Position numbers and translations under genes: made by a program | The notes under the pieces: model-generated | What the model was told of the DNA's origin: nothing | The model's input: the letters and a program-made list of their open reading frames with translations, nothing else | The model's database searches: none | Part shown: positions 12,101 through 23,598 of the stretch, one piece after another | Layout of the letters: each line of letters begins with the position of its first letter | Numbering within the stretch: position 1 is the stretch's first letter | From: Geosiphon pyriformis uo1 | Taxonomy: Eukaryota > Fungi > Glomeromycota | NCBI GenBank assembly: GCA_016748015.1 | Contig: JAAOMT010000003.1 | Coordinates: forward strand, 686,373 to 750,372 | Length of the DNA stretch: 64,000 nucleotides | Reading direction: 5' to 3'

Positions 12101-14744
12101 TAGCAATGGCATTGATTAATAGAGCCACCCAAAAAGATGTCCACCAAATGAAAGAAGCTGAATATATTGAGTATATCATAAAATTAGCTGGATTTAATTA
12201 TGAAGATAAAGTAAAAACCTATCACCAAATTGCAAGTCACACATATCCGACCAAAGAAGCTCAAATTTAACAATTAGAGCAAATAAACATTCAATTGTGG
12301 GAAGAATGTGTTATGCCTTGTAATGACCAATAGTGTTTAGAATGTTATGCTCTTAGCATTCCTCTGCCAGATAAGAATAATGAAAATAAAATCAAATTTG
12401 GAGTATCTAAACTAGTAGAAAAACTACCAACTACTCCCATCTATCTTCTTGAAAAGCAACCACCTCTACAACTTAAATATTTTGACAACCATGGCCAAAG
12501 AATCAGACCAGAAAAAGCACACGAAATTGATGCTGGATATGACCTAAGATACCCAGAAAAAGATACTTTGGTTCTCCAACCAAAGTCCTTGACAAAAATC
12601 AATCTCAAAATTGCTCTTGAAATTTTACCAGGAGCAATAGTTCAAATTGCCTCCAGATCATCATTGGCAAGCAAAGAAATCAATATTAGAAGAGGAATTA
12701 TAAATGCAGGATACACTGGAGACATTACCATCATGTTACAGAATAAGGCAGACAAACCATTCAAAATTGAACATGCTGAAAAAATTGCTCAAGCAATTTA
12801 CTTACCCTTAATCAACATTTCGGATTTACAATCAGTAAACAACAGAGAACAATTGGAAAAAAGTGAAAAAAGAACTCAAGGTTTTGGTTCAACTGGACGA
12901 TTTACAGTTCCAGTAAACATAGCTCTTAATACACAAAATGAATCTCACCAGATTCTTCAACTTCCCCAGCCAATTACCATTTCACCTTTTGAAAAACATC
13001 ACGAAATTTACACTTGCTTAAAACCCACCACTACACAACAAATCTTTGAATCCAATAAACAAATCTGTTTGAAGCATGAAATCTCAATTCCAAACGTTTA
13101 TATTCCTAAAGGAATGAAAAAATTTTGAGTTATATTCTACAACCCCAATAATTACCTTATTGTCTTATTAAACAAACTAGAGATTGGAATCATACACAGC
13201 AATATTTTTTAAGATGAAAACCCTTAAATTGTCTCTAATTTCATCGAAATTGTAAGGCACACTCTACTTCCAAATCTAAATATCATTCTCACTACTAAAA
13301 ACTACCACTTTTTGGAAGAAAAACTCTCTCAAATCAACATGGGTCCCTTAGAACCTCAACAACAAAGACAATTGAAACAATTGATAGCTGAATTTGCAGA
13401 TATATTTGCAAAAGACAACAATGACTTAGGAAAAACGAATATGGTTCAACATCAGATCTATATAAGAAATGCTCTACCAAAATGTCAGCAAGCTTACAGA
13501 ATGTTACCTGCCAGCCACCAATTCATCAGAGAAAAAGTTCAGAGAATGCTTAATAATAGATTGATTCAACCATCAAGAAGTCTTTGGGTTTTACCAGTAG
13601 TCCTTGTCAAAAAGAAAAATGGAAAAATCAGATTTTGTGTTGACTATCACCAATTAAACAGTGTGACAATTGGAAATGCTTACCCTCTTCCAAGAATTGA
13701 TGACATGTTAAATGCTCTAGAAAAAGCCAAGTTCTTCTCAACTTTAGACTTGGAAAGTAGATACTGGCAAGTCAAAATGAACCCAAAAGACTGATCCAAA
13801 ACAGCATTCACCACCCAAGGAAAAAACTATGAGTTCAATGTTATGCCTTTTGAACTCTGCAATGCACCAGCAACATTCTAACGACTCATGGATGTTGTAT
13901 ATGAAAGACTCTTATGGCAATCAGTAGTTTTTTACCTTGATAACACTGATGTGTACTGACCAAGCTTTGAAGCTTATCTTATTCACCTGTGAGAAGTTTT
14001 TCAATGATTATGGAAAGCAGGATTGAAGTTGAATATTGAGAAATGTTACTTTGGAAAAACAAGCTTAATCTTTCTTGAACACATTGTTAACAAAGATGGA
14101 GTCAAACCAAACCTGGAACAATCAGTGCTGTCAAAAACTTCCAAATCCCCAAAAATACCACAGAGCTACAAGGATTTGTAGGATTAGCCTCTTATTATCA
14201 AAAATTCATCAAAGGATTTTCAGAAATTGCCAAACCACTCAATTATCTCACCAATAAAAATGTGCCATACAAATAGACTGAAAAACAACAAAAAACATTT
14301 GAAACCTTCAAAACAAAGTTGACAACAGTTCCAGTTCTTGCTTACCCAGACTTCAACAAATAATTTCAACTAGCCACTAATGCTTTACATATAGCATTCA
14401 GTGCCATCTTATCACAAATAGATGAAAATAGGCAAGAACAAGTCATTGCTTATGCTAGTAAAACACTCAAACCAACAGAACTAAAATACGGCTCAATTGA
14501 ATTAAAAGCTGCCACAGTTATTTGGACTCTTAAACTTTTTCAACAATATCTGAAGAATGGAAAAGAATTTGACATAATAATGGACAACATTGGCCTCAAA
14601 TGGCTCAATAAAAAGAAAACTGAACAAAGTGCCAAACAGTCTCAATGGAATGACTTCCTAGCAGATTACAGATATATTGTACACCACAAACCAGGAAAAC
14701 TAGATACCAATGTTGATAGCCTCTCAAGAATGAAACAAAATTAA
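9121..14744 (+). pseudogene. A1 Gag-PR-Cys-rich-dUTPase-RT-RNase H polyprotein (disrupted)
   Basis: Retrotrans-gag (AIPYFLQGTAGEWF), zinc knuckle CHYCGILGHWKRD(Y), protease LILDSG ~11212, dUTPase (DAGYDL, ASRSS, GYTGDI, KIAQ, RTQGFGSTG), RT (RFCVDY, YPLPRIDD, YLDN), RNase H ending NVDSLSRMKQN*. Confidence 0.9.
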
Positions 14745-14801
14745 TATCAACAACAATTTTACCACAACTTACCAACTTACCAACAAAATAACCAAACAAA
14801 A

Positions 14802-15909
14802 ATGGATTCCAAAAATTACAGCAATCTTAAAAATTATTTGGAGACCTTTACCATGCCAAAAAACTGGTCTCCAAGTAAAAAACATTGTTTACAATACCAA
14901 TCAAAACAATATTTCATACACCAGAACAAAATCTATTATAAAAATCACAGAAACCCAAACCAACCACTCAGATTAGTACAAAAGAATAAAAAAGAAACAA
15001 TTTATACAACATGCACACAGATCCGTCTTCAACATACTTGGAAAGAGATGGAACAATTCAAAGAACTCTTGAACATTATTTTTGGCCTCACATGCAAAAA
15101 GACATTCGACAATATGTAGAATCTTGTGATAGTTGTCAAAGAAGAGAAGGAACTTGCCCCACAGAACCTTTAAATCCAATCAAAGTTGGACAACCTTTTG
15201 ACAGAGTTAGAATTGATTTAATCAAATCATTACCTATTACAATCCAAGAAAATCACTATATTGCAGTAGCAGTAGATTATCTTACCAAATGGTCTGAAGC
15301 TAGAGCCATCCAAAAAGTAGATGCAAAATCAGTAGCAAATTTTATCTATGAAGACATTATTTGTAGACATGGATGCCCAATTGAACTTTTATCTGATCAA
15401 GGAACACATTTTGTGAACAACTTGATACAAAAAATTTGTGAATGGTTCAATGTCAAAAGACCTCTATCATTACCTTATCACCCTCAAACAAATGAACTTG
15501 TAGAATGTTTCAACAGAACATTGTGTAAATTTCTAACCAAAGTCTCAACAGACTTTAAGCAAGAATGGGATATCTTTATTCCATCAGTGTTACTAGCATA
15601 CAGAACACTAAAACAAGATACTACGAAACACACACCATTTGATCTTACTTATGGAAAGACAGCAATATTACCAATTAATTTCACAGTGGAAACATATCCA
15701 GTGCAACCAATCAATGAAGAAAACTTTCAAGAAACACTTCAAAGAAGGGCCTACACTCTTCTTAGTACACTAGAAGGAAAAAGAAGAATAGCAGCAACTC
15801 ATATTGAACATTTCCAAGCTCAACAAAAAGAAAGACATGACAACAAATTACCACCTATTACCAACGAATTTAAAGTTGGAAATAAAGTTCTCTTACACAA
15901 AACTAAGGC
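14802..15909 (+). pseudogene. A1 integrase (one frameshift; 3' end lost in N gap)
   Basis: MDSKNY..., YFWP..C-x2-C, DYLTKWSEA, SDQGTHF, YHPQTNELVE, TPFDLTYG. Confidence 0.9.
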
Positions 15910-16045
15910 NNNNNNNNNNNNNNNNNNNNAGAACTGAAATTTCAACAATTTTCAGACCAGATTACTTCAATTATTTTGGATTACTATTTCAATATCACAG
16001 ATAGTGCTTGGACTTTGACAGAGCTCAGTCTTGAGGAGGAGATTA

Positions 16046-17051
16046 TATTACCAGTAGAATTTTAGCTATTAATTAGCATGAAATTACCCTTATAATTCCT
16101 ATAATTAATTAGTATATTAATATCATTTCAAATTATCATTTATTATTTAATCAATTATCACATATCACGATTTAATTAAATAATCCAATTAGTATAACAG
16201 AAAGTAGGATGATCAAATTACACAATACCCTGAACTTTGTAACATTCAAAAATTCGCCGAAATTTACAGAAATTTACCAAAATTTATAAGAAATTCGCCA
16301 AAATTTATAGAAATTTACCGAAATTATGAATAGTTCACCCAAATTAATTAATAGTTTAGTGAAATAACTTGTAGTCCATCAAAATGTATCTTTAGTTCAC
16401 CGAAATTTGAGCAAAGAGAAAAAGTGCAAGTTCATAGACTAGTACTACAACAAGTTGTATAAAAGAAGAGCTTTTCTTTTCAAAAAAATATATCTTACTT
16501 TAGATTTATCACTTAGAACCATTCCTACACACACAAAAAGAAATAAATATCAAATAATTTGAAAAACCAAATTTTTTAAATTATTGCACTTGGAAAATCC
16601 CCAAAACCCAACTAACGTTTTGAAATTGATTAGCTACCAATTTCAGTAAACTGTTAGTGACTTCAGGCCTGGATAGAAAACGTTTCCCTTGACAAAATTC
16701 TATTTCTTTTATATTTCTTTATTTTTTTTTCTTATTACAATCATTAGGGTAGCCTACAGATAAGATTCCTGTAGAAGAGTTGACTTTTACAGCAAAGTAA
16801 CTACATATTTTTAGTGAGCTTCCAGATGAGCAATTCCTAAGAAAGAGTTGACGTTTATTACAATGTAACTATACAATGTAACTGACACGAAATTGGCCAT
16901 TCCACTCATAAGCCCAGTAGTTCAAATTATAGGAGATAATTTGAAGATAAATTCAGTTATTGGAGGTTCAACTACTTCTAGAAAACGTGAATTTGCAACC
17001 AACAGACATTTACAACATTCAAAAAAAGAGACCAAAAAACTTCTGGTAACA
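16046..17051 (+). repeat. 3' LTR of A1
   Basis: Copy of 8098-9075 preceded by PPT; starts TA (TG decayed) and ends GGTAACA. Confidence 0.95.
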
Positions 17052-19897
17052 TCATTAAACAAACTTTTATTTCAAAGTAAACAGAAAAAAGCAGAGTTAT
17101 TAGAAACCTATGACAATTATTTTGAGAGATTTAAATCATGATCTTCAATACCATCAGAATTTCAATTACTGCCACTTCAACCAAATTTTAGAACCATTAG
17201 TCTTTGAAAAGTAATGGAATCAGAAAAAAAAAAATAAAGATCAGGAATTTAATTATCAAAACCCAATTCTAAGAAACTCAGAAATACAAATCCCAATCAT
17301 TCTAACTCAGCAAAATCAGAACAATTTAAACACTGGTTTTATTGTTCCCCAAAACTTACCTCCAGTAATTAGAATTGATTCACCACCAGTTTTATCAATT
17401 GCCAAATAACAACAACAGTCACAACCACCAGCTTAGTAATAACTTCAACAACAATTACAACCACAATAACAACAACTATCATTAGCACCAATAGTCTATG
17501 TTTTAATTGCCAAACTCAAGAAATTTATTGGCAAAGAAAACAATGCATAAGTATGGCTCAATGATATAAAAAAAGCCATTACAGCCAATAGATGAGATGA
17601 TGTTAGAGTATTACAAACAATTCCATATTTCTTTTAAAATACTGCTAATTCATGATATTAAAGTCTGATTCAGAAATTTCAAGATTTTAATACATTCAAA
17701 GTTGAATTCTTAAAATATTTTAGTAATAATAATAGCATTAATCATCTAGTCAAGATATTGGCAACTATCAAATAAGGAGATACTAAAGCAGTCATTACTT
17801 ACCTAAAATGCTTTTATTGCAACCTGTGCCAAATACAAGCAATAGATGTGAATTACTTTACAGCACCACAAATTTTAAACCAGTTCATCCATGAATTACA
17901 CAGTAGCATCCTTCAATATATATGTTTAATACACCTATAAACTCTCCAAAATGCAATTATTAATGTCTAAAATTTTGAATCAGCTAAACTCAAAACTAAC
18001 CATGCCTAAGCTGTTAATCTAGTGATGAATAAATCATCTGAATTGGATTCCAAATTGAAACAATTCAGTAATTTAATTAATTAAAAATTAGAAGAATACT
18101 TAGTTAACAACAATCAGACTATATATCAACTACCACAATATTGCAACAATTCCAAAACCTTCAATCAGCACCAAAATCAGTCACATCTTATGTTATTGTC
18201 AACTTAATCATCATAACAACAAGAAACACATATCTGCCACAATTGTAGTAAACAAAATTACATTAGAGTTGACTATCATGTCAGAATAAATAATTAATAA
18301 TTAAGAAATCAATATTGAAACTCTGATTGTAGATTACACACTCCAAACTATGCCAACAATTTATTCAATGAACTATATTAATATTAATCCCATTATTTAC
18401 AAGTGATGCAACAACCAATATACATACTTTCAATCTATTAAATTCCAGCTCCAGTATTTATCAATTGCAGCCACAAGTAATTTATCAACTCCAATCTATC
18501 TTAACACTACCACAAAACCCAGCTTAAATGTTATCCAGAAATCCAAGACCAAGAATTATCTACATCCAACAAAACTGGTAATTGGTAATGTTAATGCATC
18601 AATTAATTTCCAGTTTCTCACAACAGCTATTACAATTACATCAGCAGAATTCAGGAACTGAATACAACCAAAACCCAAATTCTCAGAACTATTTAAGTCT
18701 TCTGGTTATCTCAGAAAATGCCAAACCTAGCAACCAGGAACCCAATCAAACCCAACTACTTACCAACAACATATTTCCAGCAACTATCACTAAAAATGAA
18801 TTACTTACTGTTATTTTTCTCTTTTAACTGGAAGAACCAGTTGAAATACTGCTATTTATTAGAGCTGCTTTTAAATTAAAACTTATTACTGCAATATATA
18901 CAGATGCCAAAGTTAATGATCAGTTCATTAAACTAATCCTAAACAATAGATCAGTCAGCAGCATTATCACACAACAACTCATGAACCAATTAGGTCGCCA
19001 AATTAATTATGCTATCAGCACCAAAATTATTACCACCAATGGAATGATAAAAATACCCATTTGTAAGATTAATAACTTTTTGTTTAAAGTCAGTGATATA
19101 ATCATGTTCATAAAGGTTCTTATTATAGAAATCACACAATACCAAGCTCTTATTGGTAATGACTGGCTGACCAAAACCAATGCAGTGCTCAACTAAAACA
19201 CCCAGAAGCTACAACTCAGTCAAAATGGCTAATACACTCAAATACTAGCCACTTGCAGTCACTTCAAGACTACTACCATACCAGTACCATTAATAAAATT
19301 CAAGAAAAAAGAGAAGAAACTTATTTGAGAAGTCTATTAAGTCTCATAAACTGACAACAACCACAACAAATTACCACTAATACTTTCCTGAGATGACAAA
19401 AGAAAGGGAAAAGAAGAGGACAGATCTGAAGAAACCATAGTCACCAAAGAACTGGATAACAGTTGGGAAATATTCTACTTAATTGACATTAAACTGAAAC
19501 TCTCATATATACTATTGAAATATAAAGACTGCAAAAAAAAGCTATCCTCCATAGAAGCTTGAGTTATACTTGATGAAGACTATTGAACATGAACTCACTA
19601 CTACTGTAAACTATGTTACTAAGAATGATATGACTATCTAAAATGACAAGACAAGTGGAACAACAAACTATGTCTCACTTGTGAAGAACAGTTACTCAAT
19701 GAAAAAATGTGGAATAATATTTCTGGGCAAGAAGAAACATGTAATACATTATGTTAATATATGATTCTTATGAATGACTAGGTGAATTGTAAAATGTCTT
19801 TCAATACTGTATAGAACTGAGCTTTATTATGCTTAGACAGTTACTCACATAATAAAGATGAAATTTAGAGGATAATAAAAGCCAAAGTTGAAGATGC

Positions 19898-20665
19898 TAT
19901 TATTCATAAAAAAGAAAACAGATATAGGAAAATAGTAGACTAATAAGAAAGTAATAGTTAGCATGTAAGCACATTGCTCAGCAATATAAGCATTGCTTGG
20001 GAAATTATAGCACATTGCTCAAGAATGTAAGCAATCTCGTAGAACCCAAATTATGTATATAGAGTGGTAGTATTAGAAAAAGAAAAAACAGACCTTCTAG
20101 TTTAGATTTCATCTAAGCAACCTTCTAATTCACAAATATCAAATAAATAATTATTCACTATCTTAATCCACTTTCCACTATCAACACTTCATGTTGATAG
20201 TAATTGATACTTAACTAAGCTGAAACAATAGCTTTTGATCATGGCTATTGACAGAATATTAACTTGCAATTGCTTTTGTTTATTTCTTTATCTTCTTTTA
20301 TTTTTCTTTTATTTCTTTTGTTATTTTTTTGGTTTTACTAAATTGATTAAAGATTAAAAGCACTAAGTTACAGACATTATAAGGACTGGTAAAAGATCTG
20401 TAAAACAAAGGTAAAACACTTATAGATTTGAGGATAGCTTATCAAAAGGATTACTGGCCACCATACTAAGAAAGAAATTTGACGGAATTGTGATTCTGAG
20501 AGGCTACTGAAAACAACAATTAAATCTCTGTCTATTATACAAAAAACTCCACAAACCAATTTTCAGATCAACAAAAATCTTCAGATATCTATGCCAGAAT
20601 ACCAAGCAAACACCAAGTTACAGATTTGTTATTTGACTTGAGACTCCAAAAAATCATCTGTAACA
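19898..20665 (+). repeat. solo LTR, B-related with a different U3
   Basis: Ends TGTAACA. TSD ATGC/GTGC interrupts the B pol sequence AKVEG|ALPS. R-U5 homologous to 7200-7548. Confidence 0.85.
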
Positions 20666-21620
20666 GTGCTTTGCCCAGTGTGATTTTGAAAATAAAGAAC
20701 AATTCACCAGAACCAGTTGATGTTATTTTTATTTCCAATCTCAACACATTTTTTGATATCAAAACAGCCTTAAAAAAATTTTATGAACATTACCAAAACT
20801 TAGTACTCACCAGAAAAAAACAAAAACAGTGTTTGGAACAATTAAACATAAGACTGTGTAGATATTGCCTAATTTTCAGTAATTTTGAATATTGTAATAA
20901 TTGTAATGTTGTTTACAATCTACCACTACAAATGATTTATTCAATTCCCAAAGAGTAAAAGCCAATTGACAAGTGTGCAGTAAAATCAAAATTAAAGTTC
21001 AATCCCAATTTAAACTTCAACAATGGTGATGATAATAATGGTTCTAGTTCTATTTAAAATGGCAATAACAATAGTAACAATTCAAATTCCAATTTAAACT
21101 CAGAACAATACATCACATTTTCTGATCTTTTAAAGGAGCAAAAACTCAAATAGTTCAGTGATAATAACAAAAGTATTATACCAATGTAGGGTTTAATCTG
21201 AAATATCCAAAAAAAAATGCCATTAAATTGAAACCATATTTATGTACTTGCATTGATCTAAAAATAGTACTGAAAATTCTAGCAACAACTATAATTCAAC
21301 TAGCATTTAGGAGTAGTTTAATGAAAAAGGAAATCAATATAAGAGAAGAAATAATTGACACAAGATATATAGAAAATATTATTGCAATACTACAAAATGA
21401 TTCAGAACAACTATATATTATCAAACCAAATGAAAAGATAGTACAGACAATATTTTTACCTTTGGTTAAAACAACTTAGCTAGTATTAGTAAGAAATAGA
21501 GAAGAATTAAAAATGACAGCAAGAAAAATCAGTAGATTTGAATCTATAGGTAGAATAGATATACTAGTTAATATGACAAAGAAAAAAGTTATAAACAAGA
21601 GAGAAATTATTTTTACCCAT

Positions 21621-23598
21621 TGTTACAGGTGTTTATTTTGGGTCTCAAAGCAAATAACAAACCCATAATTTGGTGTTTAATTAATAATGTTAGCATTGTT
21701 ATGAGTAAACTTGGTAGAGTAGAGAGATAGTAATGTTTGGTGCTCTCAATTATTGGTAAAACATGTTTCATGTAATTCTGGTTGCTTAATCTTAATTATC
21801 AGTCTCTAAAAGTCTTATCTACTGGTTGTGAATTTACTTATTGAGTTTTTTGGTTATAAGGCACAAAGATTTGGTTTTTGCTGATTGCAACTTCTTTAAA
21901 AATATGAGTTATCTTTTTTGAGCTAACGAGTACAGTCATTAGGGTCTAGCATTGTCTTTTTGCCCTTCTGGTAAGCTAACAAAATAATGTTAATATTCAA
22001 AACTTAGAAAAAACCTGTCTTTTTTACCAGGCTATCACGAAGTCTATTTCTAAACAGTCGATTTTTTTATGTTACCACTCCACAAGAAAAAAATAAAAAA
22101 AATAAAAAAAAATAAAAAAAAAATAAAAAAAAAATAAAAAAAAAGATAAATTAGTATCATTAATCACCATAATCAAGAGTGATTGGTCCAAATCATTAAT
22201 AGTTCAAGATAGTTATGCTAAGAACATCTGTTTTGGAATGAAGATACAAAACAATAGTTAGTTCACATAAATTCCACAAAGTTTGAAAACATGAATTGAT
22301 AATTCTGATTTCTTAATAATTAATTTATTTTAGAAGATGAAGATGAAATAAGATAAATAATGGAAGGGATAAGGATATTTGATTTTTGTCTAGTGGTTTG
22401 TATCTATCTGTCCCTTTTTCTACCTTCTACAACTATTCACTTTTATACATTCTTTTGGTTTTACAGGATTGCTTCTGATTGTTTTGTTATTGCTAACTAT
22501 TGCTTTGTTATTTCTGTTATTACTTTATTCTTCTATGTTATTACTAGTTATTCTACGTTATAATATGTTATCTGGTATTATTACATGTTATTTTGTGTTA
22601 TTCTACATTATAATGCATTATCTTGTACTATTCTAAGTTATAACACATTATTCAATGTTATTGTGTGCTATTCTGTGTTATGTCACATTCTAGTCACGTT
22701 TCTTCATAACTTTGGATCAGTTTTTCTACTTGGGTAACAGTATTGGTATTTAAAGGTTTTGTTGATCTGAAAGTTTTGTTGTGGAGTTTTTTGTATAATG
22801 GACAGAGATTCAATAGTTGTTTCAATAATCTCCTGGAATCACAATTCCATCAAATTTTTTTTTCAACATGGTAGCTGGTAATCTTCCTGGTAAGTTATTC
22901 TCAAATCTATGAGTGTTTTATTCTTGTTTTATAGATTTTTTACCAGTTTCTATGATGTCTGTATTCCAGTGCTTAATCTTTTAATCAATTAGTAAATAAC
23001 AACAAAGAAAAGAAATAAAAATAAAAGAAATAAGAAATAAGTAATAAGTCAAGACAATAATGGTTAATATCCCATTAATAGCTATGATCAAGAGCTATTG
23101 GTCCAGTGTGATTAAGTATTTGGGATTTTTAACATAAAGTGTTAATAGTAAAAAGAGGATTGAAATATCAAATAATTATTTATTAATATTTGTAAATTAA
23201 AAGATCACTTAGATTAAATCTAAATTGAAAGGTTTGTAACTAAAAGATTCTAATAATTATAACTTGTGAGTCTAATTAACTCTGAGAGTTCTACTGATTT
23301 TGGAAGTCCAATTTTCTAGCTTCTGATACTACTGCTATATATACATAAATTTTATTATACAAGATTCTTTGAATTCCTCAATTCTTTAGCCAGGAATTCT
23401 AGAATTCCTGGAATCCTGCAATTTCTTTGAGAAAAATTCTGGAATTCTGGAATCCTGTAATTTCTCATATAAGAATCTTGAAATTTTTGAAATTCTGCAA
23501 TTCCTCTAAGAGGAATCCTGGAATTCCACTTTTACTACATTTATTCTGATTGGCTAATTTATGTATTAATATTTAATTCTTATATTTTATGAGTAATG
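21621..23598 (-). repeat. solo LTR family B (antisense), split by a family C solo LTR
   Basis: Perfect TSD CCAT/CCAT (21617-21620, 23599-23602). 21621-21696 plus 22740-23598 reconstitute the B LTR. Confidence 0.85.
21697..22739 (-). repeat. solo LTR family C
   Basis: TGTTA...TAACA termini, TSD GCAT/GTAT, U3 TGTTATTC-type repeats 22480-22690, TATAAAA (minus) at ~22441. Confidence 0.8.

Larger units (their letters stand above)
8098..17051 (+). mobile_element. Ty3/gypsy family A copy A1, full length, inserted in gag of B
   Basis: LTRs 8098-9075 and 16046-17051 with TGTTACCAG...CTGGTAACA terminal inverted repeat. PBS 9078-9089, PPT GAGGAGGAG 16033-16041, 4-bp TSD TCGT/TCAT. Confidence 0.95.

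Noticed and set aside
15910-15929. Apparent internal deletion of A1 (integrase end and most of ORF3)
   Set aside because: It is a 20-N assembly gap. A3 has ~970 bp at the equivalent position.
20470-20500. 18S rRNA-like TTGACGGAA motif
   Set aside because: Short match with no flanking rRNA similarity.
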